In this document: piece after piece, positions 1 through 7,904 of the stretch
Layout: each line of letters begins with the position of its first letter
Numbering within the stretch: the stretch's first letter is position 1
NCBI GenBank assembly: GCA_016203935.1
Contig: JACQLU010000006.1
Coordinates: forward strand, 1-42,834
Reading direction: 5' to 3'
DNA from: Parcubacteria group bacterium
GTDB taxonomy: Bacteria > Patescibacteriota > JACQLU01
Length of the DNA: 42,834 bases
The notes under the pieces: generated by a model
Seen by the model: the letters and a program-made list of their open reading frames with translations, nothing else
What the model was told of the DNA's origin: nothing
The model's database searches: none
Translations under genes and position numbers: made by a program

Positions 1-2
1 CG

Positions 3-428
3 TATCTCACCGATCCAACCTGCTTATTTTGCAAAATCCGCGACGGTGAACTCTCGTCGAACACGGTCTATGAAGATAGACGTGTGCTCGCCTTTCTTGA
101 CATTAAACCCATAAATCCCGGACACACCCTCCTTGTGAGTAAAGACCATTATCGCGATCTTCTCGACGCGCCACCTAAGGTCTTAAAGGAACTCGTCGAA
201 CGCCTTCCCTCGATTGCACAGGCAGTCTTGCTTGCGACGGGTGCCCACGGGTTTAACGTCGGCATCAATAACGGCCGTGATGCGGGACAACTTATTCCGC
301 ATCTTCATTTCCACATCATGCCGCGCCATAAAGCCGACGGGCACAGTCACTGGCAGGGGAAGGAGTATAAGGATGCGAAGGAGCGGGAAGCGATGACAGA
401 AAAAATAAAAACATTTCTCGCCCAATGA
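3..428 (+). CDS. HIT-family (histidine triad) nucleotide hydrolase; 5' end runs off the window
   Basis: The frame is open from nt 3 (..CLFCKIRDGELSSNTVYEDRRVLAFLDI..). Histidine-triad motif HLHFHIMPR is present. The ORF-track start at 84 is an internal GTG. Confidence 0.85.
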   Translation, partial: YLTDPTCLFCKIRDGELSSNTVYEDRRVLAFLDIKPINPGHTLLVSKDHYRDLLDAPPKVLKELVERLPSIAQAVLLATGAHGFNVGINNGRDAGQLIPHLHFHIMPRHKADGHSHWQGKEYKDAKEREAMTEKIKTFLAQ

Positions 429-511
429 GTATCTATGAGTATCGGTCGCCGTAGGCGACCAAGTATCCATAAATATCACGTGATACTGGTAGATACTGAT
501 CGATACTCATT
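425..511. repeat. Family-C phased hexamer array upstream of galE
   Basis: ARTATC at 428, 438, 462 and 472. Hairpin ggtcgcc gta ggcgacc at 444-460. GATACT at 482, 492 and 502. The left and right arms are inverted repeats. Confidence 0.9.
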
Positions 512-516
512 GCGCT

Positions 517-1521
517 ATGGCTATGAATATTTTTATTACAGGCGGTGCCGGCTATATTGGCTCGCATACGGTTAAGCTACTCCAAAAACTTGGTCATCGC
601 ATCACCGTCTTTGATAACTTTGAGTTTGGACATCGCGAGGCGCTGCCGACCAATGTCCACGTGATCCGCGGCGATCTACGGCGCAAAGACGACGTGGTGC
701 GCGCCCTCACCGCTAACCCCGCGGACGCCGTGATCCACTTTGCAAGCTATATCGAGGCCGGCGATTCGATGCGCGATCCGGGGCGATTCTATGAGAATAA
801 CGTCGGGGGAAGTTTAAATCTTCTCTCCGCGATGCTGGCGACCAAAACCCGCGTGATCGTCTTCTCATCATCAGCGGCTATCTACGGTGACCCCAAGGTT
901 ATTCCGATTACTGAAAACGCACCCAAAGAGCCCACCAACGTCTATGGGCATACCAAGCTGATTGTCGAGGAGATGCTCCATTGGTACCACCGGATTCACG
1001 AAGTGCGAGCGGTCTCGCTTCGCTATTTCAACGCGGTGGGCTGCGATCCCGAGGGTGAGCTGGGGCTTGATCATGAACCCGAAACCCACCTCATTCCGGT
1101 CGCACTCAAAGTTGCGTTGGGGCTTAGGCCCGCGCTCGAAATCTTTGGCAACGATTATGGCACGCCCGACGGCACGGCGATCCGAGATTACGTGCACGTA
1201 ACCGATTTGGCTCACGCGCATCGCTTGGCACTTGAATCACTCGCAAGCGGAAAGGAAACATTCAACGCGTTTAATCTAGGGAGTGAAACCGGCTTCTCGG
1301 TGGGACAAGTGGCGAAGGAGGTGATCCTCGTTACCGGCCGTGAGATCCCAATGGTAGTAAAGCCGCGCCGAGCTGGAGACCCAGAGAAACTGATTGCGAA
1401 CTCTGCAAAGGCGCGCGAAGTTTTGGGCTGGCAGCCGAAGTATAGCGATCTTCGCACGATCATTGAGACGGCGTGGCGGTGGCACTCCCAACACCCCTAT
1501 GGATACCGTAATGCTCGCTAA
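517..1521 (+). CDS. galE: UDP-glucose 4-epimerase
   Basis: N-terminal Rossmann motif ITGGAGYIGSHT, YGHTK catalytic YxxxK, SLRYFNAVG and PDGTAIRDYVHVTDLA blocks typical of GalE; 334 aa. Confidence 0.85.
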   Translation: MAMNIFITGGAGYIGSHTVKLLQKLGHRITVFDNFEFGHREALPTNVHVIRGDLRRKDDVVRALTANPADAVIHFASYIEAGDSMRDPGRFYENNVGGSLNLLSAMLATKTRVIVFSSSAAIYGDPKVIPITENAPKEPTNVYGHTKLIVEEMLHWYHRIHEVRAVSLRYFNAVGCDPEGELGLDHEPETHLIPVALKVALGLRPALEIFGNDYGTPDGTAIRDYVHVTDLAHAHRLALESLASGKETFNAFNLGSETGFSVGQVAKEVILVTGREIPMVVKPRRAGDPEKLIANSAKAREVLGWQPKYSDLRTIIETAWRWHSQHPYGYRNAR

Positions 1522-1798
1522 TGTATCGAATCCGACTTCGTTTCCTCCCGGGGTACTCATTTGGGGGGTGATCGTGGGTGTCATGGGGATTGCGCTCCTT
1601 ATTAAACTGCTTCAGCGTGCAGCGCGCAAAAACCCTCAAGGGTACCGGCTTAATCTTCAATTCTCTACCCAGCGTGACCGGTTCGCGTTCTGGGAAGGAC
1701 CGATTCTCTTTTTTCTGGTAAGTGGGGCGCTCGTCGTAATCGCGGGCATTGTTGCGGTGGGTGGTTATCTTCTCTTAAACCTCTTCCGCAACTCTTGA
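1511..1798 (+). CDS. Small hypothetical membrane protein (two predicted TM helices)
   Basis: The internal ATG at 1511 of ORF 1394..1798 avoids a long overlap with galE. Two hydrophobic stretches are present (VLIWGVIVGVMGIALLI and ILFFLVSGALVVIAGIVAVGGYLLL). Confidence 0.45.
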   Translation: MLANVSNPTSFPPGVLIWGVIVGVMGIALLIKLLQRAARKNPQGYRLNLQFSTQRDRFAFWEGPILFFLVSGALVVIAGIVAVGGYLLLNLFRNS

Positions 1799-1825
1799 CA
1801 ACTCGCTCAGAAAATTATATCCTCA

Positions 1826-1874
1826 TATTTCGTCATTAGTGGTTTTGGGTGTTAATATTAGTGTCCATTCGTAG
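1826..1874. repeat. Family-D array, inverted orientation, upstream of rfbB
   Basis: Sequence tttcgtcattagtg ... gtgttaatattagtgtccattcgtag, which is the reverse complement of the ACGAA/ACACTAA units. Confidence 0.6.
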
Positions 1875-1879
1875 TTTAT

Positions 1880-2893
1880 ATGCGCATAATGGTCACCGGC
1901 GGCGCCGGTTTCATGGGTTCAGATTTTGTCCGATACCTCGCCAAGGAGCATCCTGACTGGGAGATTATTAATTTTGACGTACTCACTTATGCAGGGGATC
2001 TTAGCCGTTTAAACGAAATCGCCTCTCATCCCACGTATCATTTCATAAAAGGAGATATTACTGATCCTGAAGCAGTTGATCGCGCCATGGAAGGAGTTGA
2101 TATGGTGGTCCACTTTGCTGCCGAGACTCATGTGGATCGCAGCATTATGGATGCTTCGGTGTTTGTGAGGACAAACGTTCTTGGAACGCATATCCTTCTT
2201 GAAGCTGCACGGAAACACACCGTAAAGCGATTCCACCATGTCTCGACCGACGAGGTTTATGGAGAGCTAGATCTCGAGGCCAATGAGAAATTCAATGAAG
2301 AGAGTCCCTACCGACCGCGAAGTCCTTATGCGGCATCGAAAGCAGCGTCTGACCACCTCGTATATGCCTATCACACCACCTACGGACTTCCTGTAACGAT
2401 TTCACATTCGGTCAATAACTATGGGGTGTATCATTTTCCAGAAAAGATTATCCCACTTTTTATCACCAATGCCTTGGAGGATAAACCTATGCCGATTTAC
2501 GGCGATGGGTTGAGTGCTCGTGATTACCTCTATGTTTCTGACCATTCACGTGCAATCCATCTTATCCTTACGAAGGGTAGGATAGGAGAGGCGTATTGCA
2601 TCGCAGGAAATAACAAAACCAATGGCATTCAAGTTGCAGACGTCATCCTCGCTGCGACCAACAAACCGGCGACGCTCAAGCGATTCGTAAAGGACCGCCC
2701 CGGGCACGACCGCCGTTATGCACTCGACGCTTCCAAGATCGAACGCGAGTTAGGTTTTCGGCCGCAGGTAAATTTTGAGGAAGGAATTAAGCGCACGATC
2801 GATTGGTATCGCAACAATGTCGAGTGGTGGAAACGCGTGAAAAGTGGGGAATATCAGAAGTATTACGAGAGGCAGTATCAACTGACGAAGTAA
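1880..2893 (+). CDS. rfbB: dTDP-glucose 4,6-dehydratase
   Basis: VTGGAGFMGS, HVSTDEVYG and YAASKAASDHL motifs with an RmlB-type C-terminus; 337 aa. Confidence 0.9.
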   Translation: MRIMVTGGAGFMGSDFVRYLAKEHPDWEIINFDVLTYAGDLSRLNEIASHPTYHFIKGDITDPEAVDRAMEGVDMVVHFAAETHVDRSIMDASVFVRTNVLGTHILLEAARKHTVKRFHHVSTDEVYGELDLEANEKFNEESPYRPRSPYAASKAASDHLVYAYHTTYGLPVTISHSVNNYGVYHFPEKIIPLFITNALEDKPMPIYGDGLSARDYLYVSDHSRAIHLILTKGRIGEAYCIAGNNKTNGIQVADVILAATNKPATLKRFVKDRPGHDRRYALDASKIERELGFRPQVNFEEGIKRTIDWYRNNVEWWKRVKSGEYQKYYERQYQLTK

Positions 2894-2922
2894 CGGACAG
2901 AGAAGACTCAAAGACCTTCTAC

Positions 2923-2950
2923 GTCATCCTGAACGAAGTGAAGGATCTCG
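2923..2950. repeat. Half copy of the family-A palindromic element (gtcatcctgaacgaagtgaaggatc)
   Basis: Shares the GTCATCC...GGAT terminal hairpin module with the elements at 7813, 15364, 19101 and 21058. Confidence 0.6.
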
Positions 2951-2984
2951 GGAGATCACCGAGCTACCCTGCGGACGACACACC

Positions 2985-3025
2985 TAAAAAAGGAGACCCA
3001 GGAAACCCTGGGTCTCATATCATTT
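2985..3025. terminator. Bidirectional rho-independent terminator between rfbB (+) and the 3042..3479 gene (-)
   Basis: 10-bp perfect stem gagacccagg / cctgggtctc (2993-3016) with a 4-nt loop. An A-run lies upstream (a T-run on the minus strand) and T-rich sequence lies downstream. Confidence 0.7.
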
Positions 3026-3041
3026 CTAGAGCCCAACCCTC

Positions 3042-3479
3042 TTACAACAGAGGGGCACTCCACTCAAGAAGGCAGTAGCGGCATGTAATGAACGCGTGAA
3101 ACGGCATCTTTCCGTTAACGCTCAATTTATGGAAGTCGACGCCGGTCATTACCCCGGAATTTTCAGCGCAATGTTCGCACGCGTATGGATTCCTGAATGT
3201 ACGACCACTGCCTCGATTCCATGAGACATGCATGGCAAGTACTGCAAGGGGAGGAAAAAGCACTAATGACCCAAAAGGGGGTAAAGTTAGGACCACACCT
3301 CCTCTTGTGTCAAATCCAACATGAGCGGAGGTACTAACTTCAACTACGGTTCTTCGTTCTCCCTCCATAATCTCCTCGCTTACAGCAACCTCGCCAAGCT
3401 CAAGATGGTAGATGTCCTCAAGCGCAGGTTTTATTGGTACGCCCTTGTCGAGCCATAGTCTGACAGTTTGGTACTCCAT
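3042..3479 (-). CDS. Hypothetical protein, Cys-rich C-terminal half (CEHC ... CRYC)
   Basis: 145-aa ORF. GGAGGGAG SD lies 5-7 nt upstream of the ATG, and the gene has its own promoter. No family recognised. Confidence 0.55.
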   Translation of the reverse strand: MEYQTVRLWLDKGVPIKPALEDIYHLELGEVAVSEEIMEGERRTVVEVSTSAHVGFDTRGGVVLTLPPFGSLVLFPPLAVLAMHVSWNRGSGRTFRNPYACEHCAENSGVMTGVDFHKLSVNGKMPFHAFITCRYCLLEWSAPLL

Positions 3480-3515
3480 GTTTCTCCCTCCTTGTTATTA
3501 ACTTTGATAGAGAGG

Positions 3516-3544
3516 ACTATAGCAGAAATTGCGGATGTTGACAA
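3516..3544 (-). promoter_or_regulatory. Sigma70-like promoter for the 3042..3479 gene
   Basis: On the minus strand: TTGTCA, 17 nt, TATAGT. The -35 overlaps the -35 of the divergent plus-strand promoter. Confidence 0.55.
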
Positions 3545-3566
3545 GTACCTTATATTTTGATATAAA
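3538..3566 (+). promoter_or_regulatory. Sigma70-like promoter for the Nudix gene
   Basis: TTGACA (3538-3543), 17-nt spacer, TATAAA (3561-3566). Confidence 0.65.
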
Positions 3567-3631
3567 TGCGGTGTTTGCGATGCGACTGGAAAATTCCTGT
3601 CAAAATCAGCATCGCAAGCCAGGAGGAGAAA

Positions 3632-4459
3632 ATGACGGAGTGGACGGCGAGGGATGAGAAATTCCTCGCGGGGTATCTCGCCTTCATGGCGGAGCATCGG
3701 GCGAAGGTGGAGCCGCTCGGGAATGCGGGTCAGGGTGAAATCGAAATCCTGACTGACCCCGAGCAAGCCAAGGCGGCTGTACTCGCCATGCGCGGGCGCC
3801 TTGCCAAGCGGCCTGGCATGACCGAAGAGACACTCTTCGACTGGACGCGGTTAGGGGAGGTCTACCGCGACCAGTATGCTCGAATCGTTCGCTTCCCGGT
3901 CAAGTTCCCGGGTGGCACACTCGGTACCTATATCACCTGGTACTGGGATGCACTATTCGGGCAGGTCAGTGCCGCCTGTGGCATGCCGCTTATGCCCGAT
4001 GGTAAGGTCGCCTTGATTCGGGTTTACCGGCATGCCACTCGTACTTGGACGCTTGAATTTCCACGCGGCGGCACCGAGCCGGGTAGGAGCATCTTCGATG
4101 CTCTCCGCAAGGAGGTGAAAGAGGAAGCAGGTTTCGATGTCGGCGAGGCTTTCTATCTCGGCGATCTCGAACCAGATAACGGTATCCTCTCGAGCTCTGT
4201 GCCCGTCTATCTTGTACGCATTATTGGTGAAGGCGCGACGGCCCACGAGTATGCCGAAGCCATCGGCGGCAAAATCTTCTTCACGCCCGCCGAGCTCGAG
4301 GCCATCCTAGCGGCAGAGCACTACGTGGAGAAGTTACCGGATGGCACGAGTCGCACCTACCACGTCCGAGGCGCCTTCGAACACTTCGCCTTCAGCCAAG
4401 CCAAGGTTCGGGGACTGCTAAACTTTGCAGGTTTCGACCTGCTGCGTAGGAAGGTCTGA
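3632..4459 (+). CDS. Nudix hydrolase (ADP-ribose pyrophosphatase-like) with a ~130-aa N-terminal extension
   Basis: Nudix box GGTEPGRSIFDALRKEVKEEAGF. AGGAGG at 3621-3626 precedes the ATG at 3632. The longer ORF-track start (3566) lies inside the -10 element. Confidence 0.75.
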   Translation: MTEWTARDEKFLAGYLAFMAEHRAKVEPLGNAGQGEIEILTDPEQAKAAVLAMRGRLAKRPGMTEETLFDWTRLGEVYRDQYARIVRFPVKFPGGTLGTYITWYWDALFGQVSAACGMPLMPDGKVALIRVYRHATRTWTLEFPRGGTEPGRSIFDALRKEVKEEAGFDVGEAFYLGDLEPDNGILSSSVPVYLVRIIGEGATAHEYAEAIGGKIFFTPAELEAILAAEHYVEKLPDGTSRTYHVRGAFEHFAFSQAKVRGLLNFAGFDLLRRKV

Positions 4460-4563
4460 AAACAATGGCCTGCCGGCTCTGCTATTCAACAGGGCCGGCA
4501 CACTCTTTCGAAAGAACAAGCCACCGGCTCCAATGTCGGTGGCTTCAACTTTCTCATATCTCT

Positions 4564-5367
4564 CTAATGAAGAGAGACGGGTGTGAATTCGGCTGACCCT
4601 GCTTGGCATCTCTCGACGATTTTTGAGAGTCTCTGCCAGTGCTGGTCAAAGCTAACATCCTCTTTCCGCAATACGACTGCAGGCGTATCGAGAAAAGGAA
4701 TTTCGGAGAACAGTGTATAACGATGAATGACCTCCTCGCCAGTCCGATACTTGAAGTAAACCGTAGTATGATTGATAGGAAGGTCAGTCTCATAGAGCCT
4801 GACTTTTGCTGCGGGGCCAACCACTGTAGCAAGAGAGCGCACGGCAATCGTCGCACGATCAAGATCCCTTAAGAACGACTGTGGATCCATATCTTGTAGA
4901 TGCGCCATACACTCCACAGTCTTTGTTGGTTTACCACCTTTACCCCTTGCCTGCAAAAGAATAAAGGTGAGATCGGCACCATTCTGCAACGCCTCCTTCA
5001 TCACGTGCCAACCACAGTCAAACTGCCAAAGAACAGGTAGACCGGCACCATAGAGAATCAGAGTCTCTATAGGGGGTGCATCATAGTACATACTACTGTC
5101 AGGAGTTCTCTGCCGTCGTGATCCTACCAGCGGGAGGTGAGGTTGACTTTGAAGTTGACGCAGCAAACTTCGAAGTGCCTCATTGCCCAATTCAGTAATA
5201 TACCCCCAGGGCGGTCTCGCGCCTTGCCATCGTTCCTTGAGGTGCTTATCAAGCGCCTCCTTGACTTCATGGGTTAAATATATGCTCATGCGATAATACT
5301 TATCCCAAGGTTTGTGTTTGTCGAAAGTAGCTCGCCTTGCAAGTCTCTTTGCTGTCTCCCACGTCAT
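4564..5367 (-). CDS. Hypothetical protein; the N-terminus resembles a ribbon-helix-helix (CopG-like) DNA-binding module
   Basis: 267-aa ORF with an AGGAGGG SD. The RMSIYLTHEVKEALDKHL ... ITELGNEALRSLL pattern is RHH-like. The C-terminal ~180 aa is unrecognised. Confidence 0.5.
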   Translation of the reverse strand: MTWETAKRLARRATFDKHKPWDKYYRMSIYLTHEVKEALDKHLKERWQGARPPWGYITELGNEALRSLLRQLQSQPHLPLVGSRRQRTPDSSMYYDAPPIETLILYGAGLPVLWQFDCGWHVMKEALQNGADLTFILLQARGKGGKPTKTVECMAHLQDMDPQSFLRDLDRATIAVRSLATVVGPAAKVRLYETDLPINHTTVYFKYRTGEEVIHRYTLFSEIPFLDTPAVVLRKEDVSFDQHWQRLSKIVERCQAGSAEFTPVSLH

Positions 5368-5386
5368 ATTTTCCCTCCTACAAATG

Positions 5387-5415
5387 CATATATCAGAATA
5401 TTATTGTCTTGTCAA
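5387..5415 (-). promoter_or_regulatory. Sigma70-like promoter for the 4564..5367 gene
   Basis: On the minus strand: TTGACA, 17 nt, TATATG. The -35 lies in the left arm of the 5409-5432 palindrome. Confidence 0.55.
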
Positions 5416-5432
5416 ATCATAGGATTTGACAA
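5409..5432. promoter_or_regulatory. Perfect palindrome TTGTCAAATC-atag-GATTTGACAA carrying both -35 hexamers of a divergent promoter pair (candidate operator)
   Basis: 10-bp perfect arms read directly from the sequence. Each arm contains an outward-facing TTGACA. Confidence 0.6.
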
Positions 5433-5453
5433 ACATTCTAAAAATTCTATAAA
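5426..5453 (+). promoter_or_regulatory. Sigma70-like promoter for the 5504..5833 gene
   Basis: TTGACA (5426-5431), 16 nt, TATAAA (5448-5453). Confidence 0.55.
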
Positions 5454-5503
5454 CTATATGCTATCTCCGGGCACGGAATGTGCTGGGATAGGAGGAGGGA
5501 AAG

Positions 5504-5833
5504 GTGCTCAAGTGGGGGTACATGGGACCATGGCAGAGGAGAACTCTTAAAGATTGCATGAAAAGAGTCAAAAAGATTCACTCTGCTAAATGCATGGAGT
5601 GTGGGAAGCCCTTGAGGTGGCTAAAAGGGCAGCCTAAGCACACCTGTGCGAATGGACACAACACAGGTTACGTGGGGTATACCATGCAGTGGATCAGCCA
5701 CGCTGTTGCTGCAGCCGAACGGCTTGACAAGCTGGAGGCTGCTAAGAAATCCTGCACGGGCCGCGCCAAGTCTCAAGAACTCAGCAGAGAGATCAAGCGA
5801 GTTGAGACTGCGCTTAATGAGTGGCTCAGGTAG
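5504..5833 (+). CDS. Hypothetical zinc-ribbon protein with a helical C-terminus
   Basis: GTG start preceded by AGGAGGAGGG. Motif CMECGKPL...HTCANGH. A terminator follows. Confidence 0.5.
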   Translation: MLKWGYMGPWQRRTLKDCMKRVKKIHSAKCMECGKPLRWLKGQPKHTCANGHNTGYVGYTMQWISHAVAAAERLDKLEAAKKSCTGRAKSQELSREIKRVETALNEWLR

Positions 5834-5840
5834 GATGCGG

Positions 5841-5880
5841 GCCGTCACTCTCAGAAGTGTGACGGCTCTATTCATTTCTA
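5841..5880 (+). terminator. Rho-independent terminator
   Basis: Stem gccgtcac / gtgacggc with a 10-nt loop, followed by T-rich tctattcatttct. Confidence 0.6.
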
Positions 5881-5935
5881 TTCTCTTTTTCTTTCTCTAT
5901 GATACGATATGGACGTGGCTCGTTTTAGTGTAACT

Positions 5936-6820
5936 ATGGTTATTCCAACCCCCATCCTCATCCTTGGCGCTAAAGGCATGCTGGGGCATGCTTTAATGGA
6001 TACATTTGCTGACCTTGCGCCGACCGGGCTTGATAGAGATGAACTGGATATTACCAATAGCATCGAGGTTGATGCTAAGTTTTCCCTCCTTACACCAAAA
6101 ACAATTATCAACGCCGCGGCGTTTACCGCGGTGGATCAGTGTGAAAACGAAGCCACCAAACCGATCTGTGATAAGGTCAATGGTGAAGCGGTTGGCATCC
6201 TCGCCGAGGCAGCTAAGAGAATAAGCGCCACGATTATCCATTTTTCAACCGACTACGTGTTTGACGGGACAAAACAGGAGGGTTATTTAGAGACCGACGA
6301 ACCGAAAAATCCTGTCAATGCGTATGGAGCATCGAAACTCGCGGGTGAGCAAGCGTTACGTTCTTCTGGCGCCAATTTCTATCTTATCCGCACCGCGTGG
6401 CTCTATGGGGCCTATGGAAAAAATTTTGTCGATACCATGCTGTCACTCGGCAAAACCAAAAAAGAGTTGACCGTAGTCAACGATCAGCACGGCAAACCGA
6501 CGTACACGGTTGATCTTGCCAAGGCGACAAGGCGACTTCTTGAGGGAGAATACACCCCTGGCGTGTACCACTTCGTAAATGAAGAGGCAACCACGTGGTA
6601 TGATTTTGCCGTGGAGATCTTTAAGCAGGCAAAGATTCCCATGCAGGTTCACCCTATTCCATCGTCCGACTTTCTGCGTCCGGCCAAGCGCCCAGCGTAT
6701 TCTATTCTTCTCAATACAAAATTCCCGCCCCTGCGACCGTGGAAGGAAGCATTGGCAGAGTATCTGCAGCCAATAATACAAAATCAAGACCTTGCACCAC
6801 TAGATCCAAATCTTCTCTAA
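5936..6820 (+). CDS. rfbD: dTDP-4-dehydrorhamnose reductase
   Basis: ILILGAKGMLG Rossmann start, STDYVFDG and YGASKLAGE motifs. The start at 5936 is preferred over 5909 because it gives a family-typical short N-terminus. Confidence 0.85.
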   Translation: MVIPTPILILGAKGMLGHALMDTFADLAPTGLDRDELDITNSIEVDAKFSLLTPKTIINAAAFTAVDQCENEATKPICDKVNGEAVGILAEAAKRISATIIHFSTDYVFDGTKQEGYLETDEPKNPVNAYGASKLAGEQALRSSGANFYLIRTAWLYGAYGKNFVDTMLSLGKTKKELTVVNDQHGKPTYTVDLAKATRRLLEGEYTPGVYHFVNEEATTWYDFAVEIFKQAKIPMQVHPIPSSDFLRPAKRPAYSILLNTKFPPLRPWKEALAEYLQPIIQNQDLAPLDPNLL

Positions 6821-6859
6821 AGCTAAGAAGCTAATACAGCTAATAAGCTAACGAAGCTC
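6821..6859. repeat. Family-E short tandem motif (AGCTAAnnn, about 9-nt period) just upstream of rfbA
   Basis: Sequence agctaagaagctaatacagctaataagctaacgaagc. A related copy lies at 41289-41321 upstream of rpmA. Confidence 0.7.
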
Positions 6860-6863
6860 GACT

Positions 6864-7595
6864 ATGAAAGGCATCATCCTCGCTGGCGGTAAAGGCACGC
6901 GACTCGATCCCCTCACTCGCATCACCAATAAGCATCTGGTGCGTGTCTACGATAAGCCAATGATTTTTTATCCCATCCAGACGCTCCTCAATGTTGGGAT
7001 TACGGATATTCTTATCGTGTCGGGGCCGGGACACGCGGGGCAGTTTATGGAACTCCTTATTAGCTCACCAGAATTTAACGGTACTCACTTTAGCTACCTT
7101 GTGCAAAAAGAAGCGGGTGGTATTGCGCAAGCGCTTGGGTTTGCCGAAGATTTTGCCGATCACAGCAAGACAATCGTGATATTGGGCGATAACATCATTG
7201 AAAAAAATATTAAAAATGCGGTAGACGATTTTTCAACGCAGCCAAAGGGCGCCAAGATTCTCCTTAAAGAGGTGGAGGATCCGCAGCGATTCGGTGTTGC
7301 CGAAGTTAAGAATGGCAGGATTATCCGCATCATTGAAAAACCGCAAGACCCTCCTTCTAAATTGGCGGTGACTGGCATCTATATGTATGACGGAGAGGTC
7401 TATGACATTATACGAACATTGAAGCCTTCAGCCCGGGGAGAGCTCGAGATTACGGATGTCAATAACGCCTATCTCGCGCGCGCCGAACTCACCTACGAGA
7501 TCCTTGAAGGTTGGTGGTCGGATGCTGGCACCCATGAATCGCTCCGTCGGGTGGATAAACTCATTGCCGAGACTGGAGCTAATCACCCCGGCTAA
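6864..7595 (+). CDS. rfbA: Glucose-1-phosphate thymidylyltransferase, short form (sugar nucleotidyltransferase)
   Basis: MKGIILAGGKGTRLDPLT signature, GGIAQAL, EKP, and an EITD block; 243 aa. The sugar specificity is inferred from the neighbouring rml genes. Confidence 0.75.
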   Translation: MKGIILAGGKGTRLDPLTRITNKHLVRVYDKPMIFYPIQTLLNVGITDILIVSGPGHAGQFMELLISSPEFNGTHFSYLVQKEAGGIAQALGFAEDFADHSKTIVILGDNIIEKNIKNAVDDFSTQPKGAKILLKEVEDPQRFGVAEVKNGRIIRIIEKPQDPPSKLAVTGIYMYDGEVYDIIRTLKPSARGELEITDVNNAYLARAELTYEILEGWWSDAGTHESLRRVDKLIAETGANHPG

Positions 7596-7596
7596 A

Positions 7597-7625
7597 TTGA
7601 CAAACGCTCGTTATCGTTATATAAT
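7597..7625 (+). promoter_or_regulatory. Consensus sigma70-type promoter upstream of the amidase gene
   Basis: TTGACA (7597-7602), exactly 17 nt, TATAAT (7620-7625). Confidence 0.7.
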
Positions 7626-7812
7626 ATAGTTGTTATTTTCTAAGACACTCCCATGTGAAAGGCTCATTACAACCATTGATATTCTTAAGTACCCCGATGT
7701 GTAAATAATCACCTATGAGCCTTGAAGGAAGATAGAAGTCCAGCCGCGCATAATGCGACTGGGCTTTCTATTTTTGCTATCATAGACAGCATGAGAAGAA
7801 TTCAAATCTTGA

Positions 7813-7902
7813 TGTCATTCCAGCGTAGGCTGGAATCCAGGACTCTTTCAAAACAGATAAAAAGACTCTGGATTCCGGTCGCCTCAGGCGACCAGAATGA
7901 CA
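7813..7902. repeat. Family-A palindromic element, full copy
   Basis: TGTCATTCC-hairpin-GGAATCCAG ... CTGGATTCC-hairpin(ggtcgcc tca ggcgacc)-AGAATGACA. Copies lie at 15364-15440 and 21058-21125. Confidence 0.85.
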
Positions 7903-7904
7903 AA

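Noticed and set aside
3575-3617. A 9-bp stem (ttgcgatgc/gcatcgcaa) in the Nudix gene leader as a riboswitch or attenuator.
   Set aside because: It does not sequester the SD (3621-3626). There is no T-run and no recognisable riboswitch core. It is noted only as a leader hairpin.
7722-7904. Upstream TTG start giving a 908-aa amidase.
   Set aside because: The extension is the translation of the family-A repeat element and contains no signal peptide. The ATG at 7905 gives a canonical signal anchor.
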